From Centroscyllium fabricii (taxonomy: Eukaryota), in NCBI GenBank assembly GCA_051313645.2, contig JBNRSN020000002.1:568602001-568666000 (forward strand): a stretch of DNA of 64,000 nucleotides, given 5' to 3'. The first letter of the stretch is position 1, and each line of letters opens with the position of its first letter. The notes beneath the pieces were generated by a model, which was not told the origin of the DNA, did not search any database, and was given only the letters and a program-made list of their open reading frames with translations. The position numbers and the translations under genes are program-made. Below, in pieces: positions 60,838 to 64,000 of the stretch.

Positions 60838-61855
60838 CAGAAACAGACCCTCACCAGGTACAGACTAAGTGACCACCAGTTGGCAGTCGAAAAAGGAAGA
60901 CAGAAGAAATCCTGGCAGCCAAGAGAAAATAGAATATGCGGTCACTGCTTGACAGATGAGATTGAAACAGAGATGCACTTCCTCCTAAAATGCAAAATAT
61001 TCGACAAAACAAGGAGAACATACTTTGACAAACTAAGCCTGGCAATCCCAGATTTCAAAGAACTAGATGATATCTTAAAACTAAGAATAATCCTTGGCGA
61101 GGGAAATAGGGCACAGCTTGGTGCACAATACGTAACAGCATGCCACAACCTGAGAGACAGTGAATGACCAACATGCACACATGCACGCACACACAAACAG
61201 AGACTAATCAACACTAATTATTATACTGTTTGAATCTGCAATGACATGTAGCAACCGAAAAAAGGTTACAGATGTGTATATATATATATATATATATATA
61301 CATACATATATACAGGGGCATATCTGCCCATACATTGTATACCTGTATCTGTATTTATGCATTTTAACTATGTATGTTATAGAAACATAGAAACTAGGAG
61401 CAGGAGCAGGCCATTCGGCCCTTCAAGCCTGCTCCGCCATTCAATGAGATCATGGCTGATCATCCAAACCCAGTACCCCGTCCCTGCCTTGTCCCCATAT
61501 CCCCCGATCCACATCGAGCCCGCACCGACACACATCCCACCCTATCCCCGCAACCCCACACACTCAATCCCCCCCTAACACTAAGGGTCAATTTATCCTG
61601 GCCAGTCAACCTAACCCGCACATCTTTGGACTGTGGGAGGAAACCGGAGCACCCGGAGGAAACCCACGCAGACACGGGGAGAATGTGCAAACTCCACACA
61701 GATAGTACCCGAGCTGGATTTGAACCCGGGTCTCCAGTGCTGTGAGACAACAGTGCTAACCACTGTGCCACCGTGTTTTATACTTTGGCAACATAGGGAT
61801 ATATCCTGTCATGCCAATAAAGTTATTTTAAATTGAAAATTGAATTGAAAAATTG
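60838..61855 (+). mobile_element. RTE-X-like LINE 3' fragment (C-terminal zinc finger) with an HE1 SINE (61379-61775, minus) inserted
   Basis: TLTRYRLSDHQLAVEKGR...RICGHC...ETEMHFLLKC. Tail catgccaataaag...(aattg)n. GA-rich flanks. Clade assignment is from recall. Confidence 0.6.
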
Positions 61856-62669
61856 ACAAAAATAAAAAGAGGAACCAATGAAAGTGAATGAGACAGACGG
61901 ACAAAGGGAGAGAGACAGAGGGAGGGACAAAAAGCACAAAACAGGATAAAGCGGAGGGTTGGGATGGGGGGGTGGGGTGAGATCATAAACTTTCATCACT
62001 CGGGGCTAAAGTTCTCAAAGGGCAAGTAATTTAATGATTAATATCCCCGTAACACTTCTAAACACTGTTATGAAAGACGCTATATAAATGCAAGTTGTTT
62101 CTTTCTTACTCTCATTACTTGAATGTCTAGTTATCGTTCTCCTTTACCCTATGTCCCCCTTGGGTTTATTTCCAGCTTGGTGTGTTTAAACATGGCCCGC
62201 TATTCAGTTGTGCCCAGCACGTGTTCCATGCACGGAGCGGGTCCCTGAGATTACACACAATCTCCTGTGACTGGAGCACTTGAACCGAAAATGAGAGCCA
62301 ACGTTTTAGTTCCTTTGAGTACTTCCCTGCACGCTGTGATGAATGGGAATTGGTGTCAAGCAGAGCTGCACATCACTGTAATCATCTTTATTAACTGCAC
62401 TGGGCTCCCTCTTCAGCAATGTGGATCTGTAGAAATGGCTCCTTGTGCGAAAGGGCTGCAGTTTTCCCTCGTGTTTGTGTCCAATGGAAGCACTGGTGGA
62501 TGGTGACACAGGCCATTGCACTAACTGTCAAGAGCAAGAGGTGGAGAGATGGAAATATAGAGGCCAAAATATCCTCAGGATAGAAAAAAAAATAGGAGTC
62601 ATTGGCTATTCGGCCCTTCGAGCCTGCTCTGCCATTCAATATGATCATGGCTGATCCTCTATCTCAATA

Positions 62670-63048
62670 CAGGTTGAGCACCGTTAATCCGGCACGGTCG
62701 GGACCAGGCCCATGCCGAATTTTTTAAAAATCCGAATGATTGAAGCTTCGGCGAGTGCATGCGCAGACCATTCAAAATGGCTGCCGCGAAAGGCCGGTGG
62801 CCATTTTGAATAGTCTGCGCATGCGCTCGCTGAAGCATCAATCGTTCGAAACCATTCAAAATGGCCGCCGCGAAAGGCCGCCGGCCATTTTGAATGGTCT
62901 GCGCATGCGCTCATCGTTCGGGGAAGCCCGGGCATGCGCAGCCAAGCACGGCGGCCATTTTGCGCATGCGCAGATCAGTCGGCCGGATTCATTCTGGACA
63001 ACTGAAGTCGCCGGATTAACGGTGTCCGGATTAACGGTGCTCAACCTG
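62670..63048. mobile_element. Tigger-like MITE in a minus-strand CR1 tail
   Basis: CAGGTTGAGCACCGTTAATCCGG / CCGGATTAACGGTGCTCAACCTG, TA TSD and internal palindromes. Confidence 0.9.
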
Positions 63049-64000
63049 TACCATATTCCCGCTCTCTCCCCATAGCCCTTGATGCCTTTTGTGTCTAGAA
63101 ATCTATCGATCTCCTTCTTAAATATATTCAGTGACTTGGCCTCCACAGCCTCCTGGGGTAGAGAATTCCACAGGTTCACCACCCTCTGAGTGAAGAACTT
63201 TCTCCTCATCTCAGTCCTAAATGTCCCACCCCGTATCCTGAGACAGTGACCCCCCTCGTTCCAGAGCCCCCTCACCCCCCCAGCCAGGGAAACATCCTCC
63301 CTGCATCCAGTCTGTCTAGCCCTGTCAGAATTGTATATCCTTTTTAGAGTGGGAGGATTGGTGTGGAGCACAAACACTGGCACAGACCAGTTGGGCCGAA
63401 TGGCCTGTTTCTGCGCTGTCGTTTCGATGTAATATCTCGAGGGTAATTTTGACTTTGTGCGATTGTGTAAAACGCCGATATCGCATCAGACGCCTGGTGT
63501 ACAACCCCCAACTGAACTCAATGGAATTGAAAATCGGGGGGGATGTATTATGGACAGCTGATCCGATATCGGCCTTTTTACACGGGGATAGGGTGGGATA
63601 TGTATCGGTGCAGGCTCGATAGGGATATGGGGGGAGGGCAGGGGCAGGGTACTGGGTTTGGATGATCAGCCATGATCTCATTCAATGGCGGAGCAGACTC
63701 GAAGGGCCGAATGGCCTACTCCTGCTCCTATCTTCTATGTTTCTATGTTACACTATCGGCCAGAACCAACATTAAACCGCCCCCCCCCCCCACCCTTGTT
63801 TCTCCCAAGTCCAGAATGATAATGAGGTGTGGCCTCTTCCTGAGTATAAGAGTAAGGATGTCTTGCTACAATTGTACAGGGCCTTGGTGAGACCACACCT
63901 GGAGTACTGGGCACAGTTTTGGTCTCCTTATCTAAGGAAGGAGATACTTGCCTTAGAGGTGGTGCAACGAAGGTTGACTAGATTGATTCCTGGGATGAGA

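Noticed and set aside
15081-64000. Further CDH23 exons upstream
   Set aside because: No cadherin motifs (DxNDN, PxF, LDRE) with splice sites were found by eye. The next exon is probably beyond the window.

Overview
Eukaryotic genomic DNA from a cartilaginous fish (shark/ray, judged from HE1-type and SacSINE1-type SINEs and HER1/CR1 LINEs). It is almost entirely intronic sequence of cadherin-23 (CDH23, minus strand). Four coding exons are visible (15020-15080, 7572-7720, 2180-2315 and <1-258; about EC11 to the start of EC13). From 15081 to the window end is one intron of more than 48.9 kb, packed with nested transposons. These include a young full-length Gypsy element (277-bp LTRs, 5-bp TSD, no tRNA PBS, YLDN RT motif), five solo LTRs, Penelope-like elements carrying hammerhead ribozymes, CR1/L2/Rex1/RTE-X LINE fragments, four SINE types, Harbinger-, Tigger- and hAT-type MITEs, and two SINE-seeded 33-bp minisatellites. 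The most notable candidates are (i) an apparent tRNA-independent self-priming structure in the Gypsy element, (ii) a chimeric 5S-rRNA-derived SINE with a Rex1/Babar-type tail, and (iii) a 219-bp palindromic Penelope insert with two hammerheads. Nearly all ORFs in the supplied track are repeat artefacts. Family names come from recalled consensus similarity, not from database searches.
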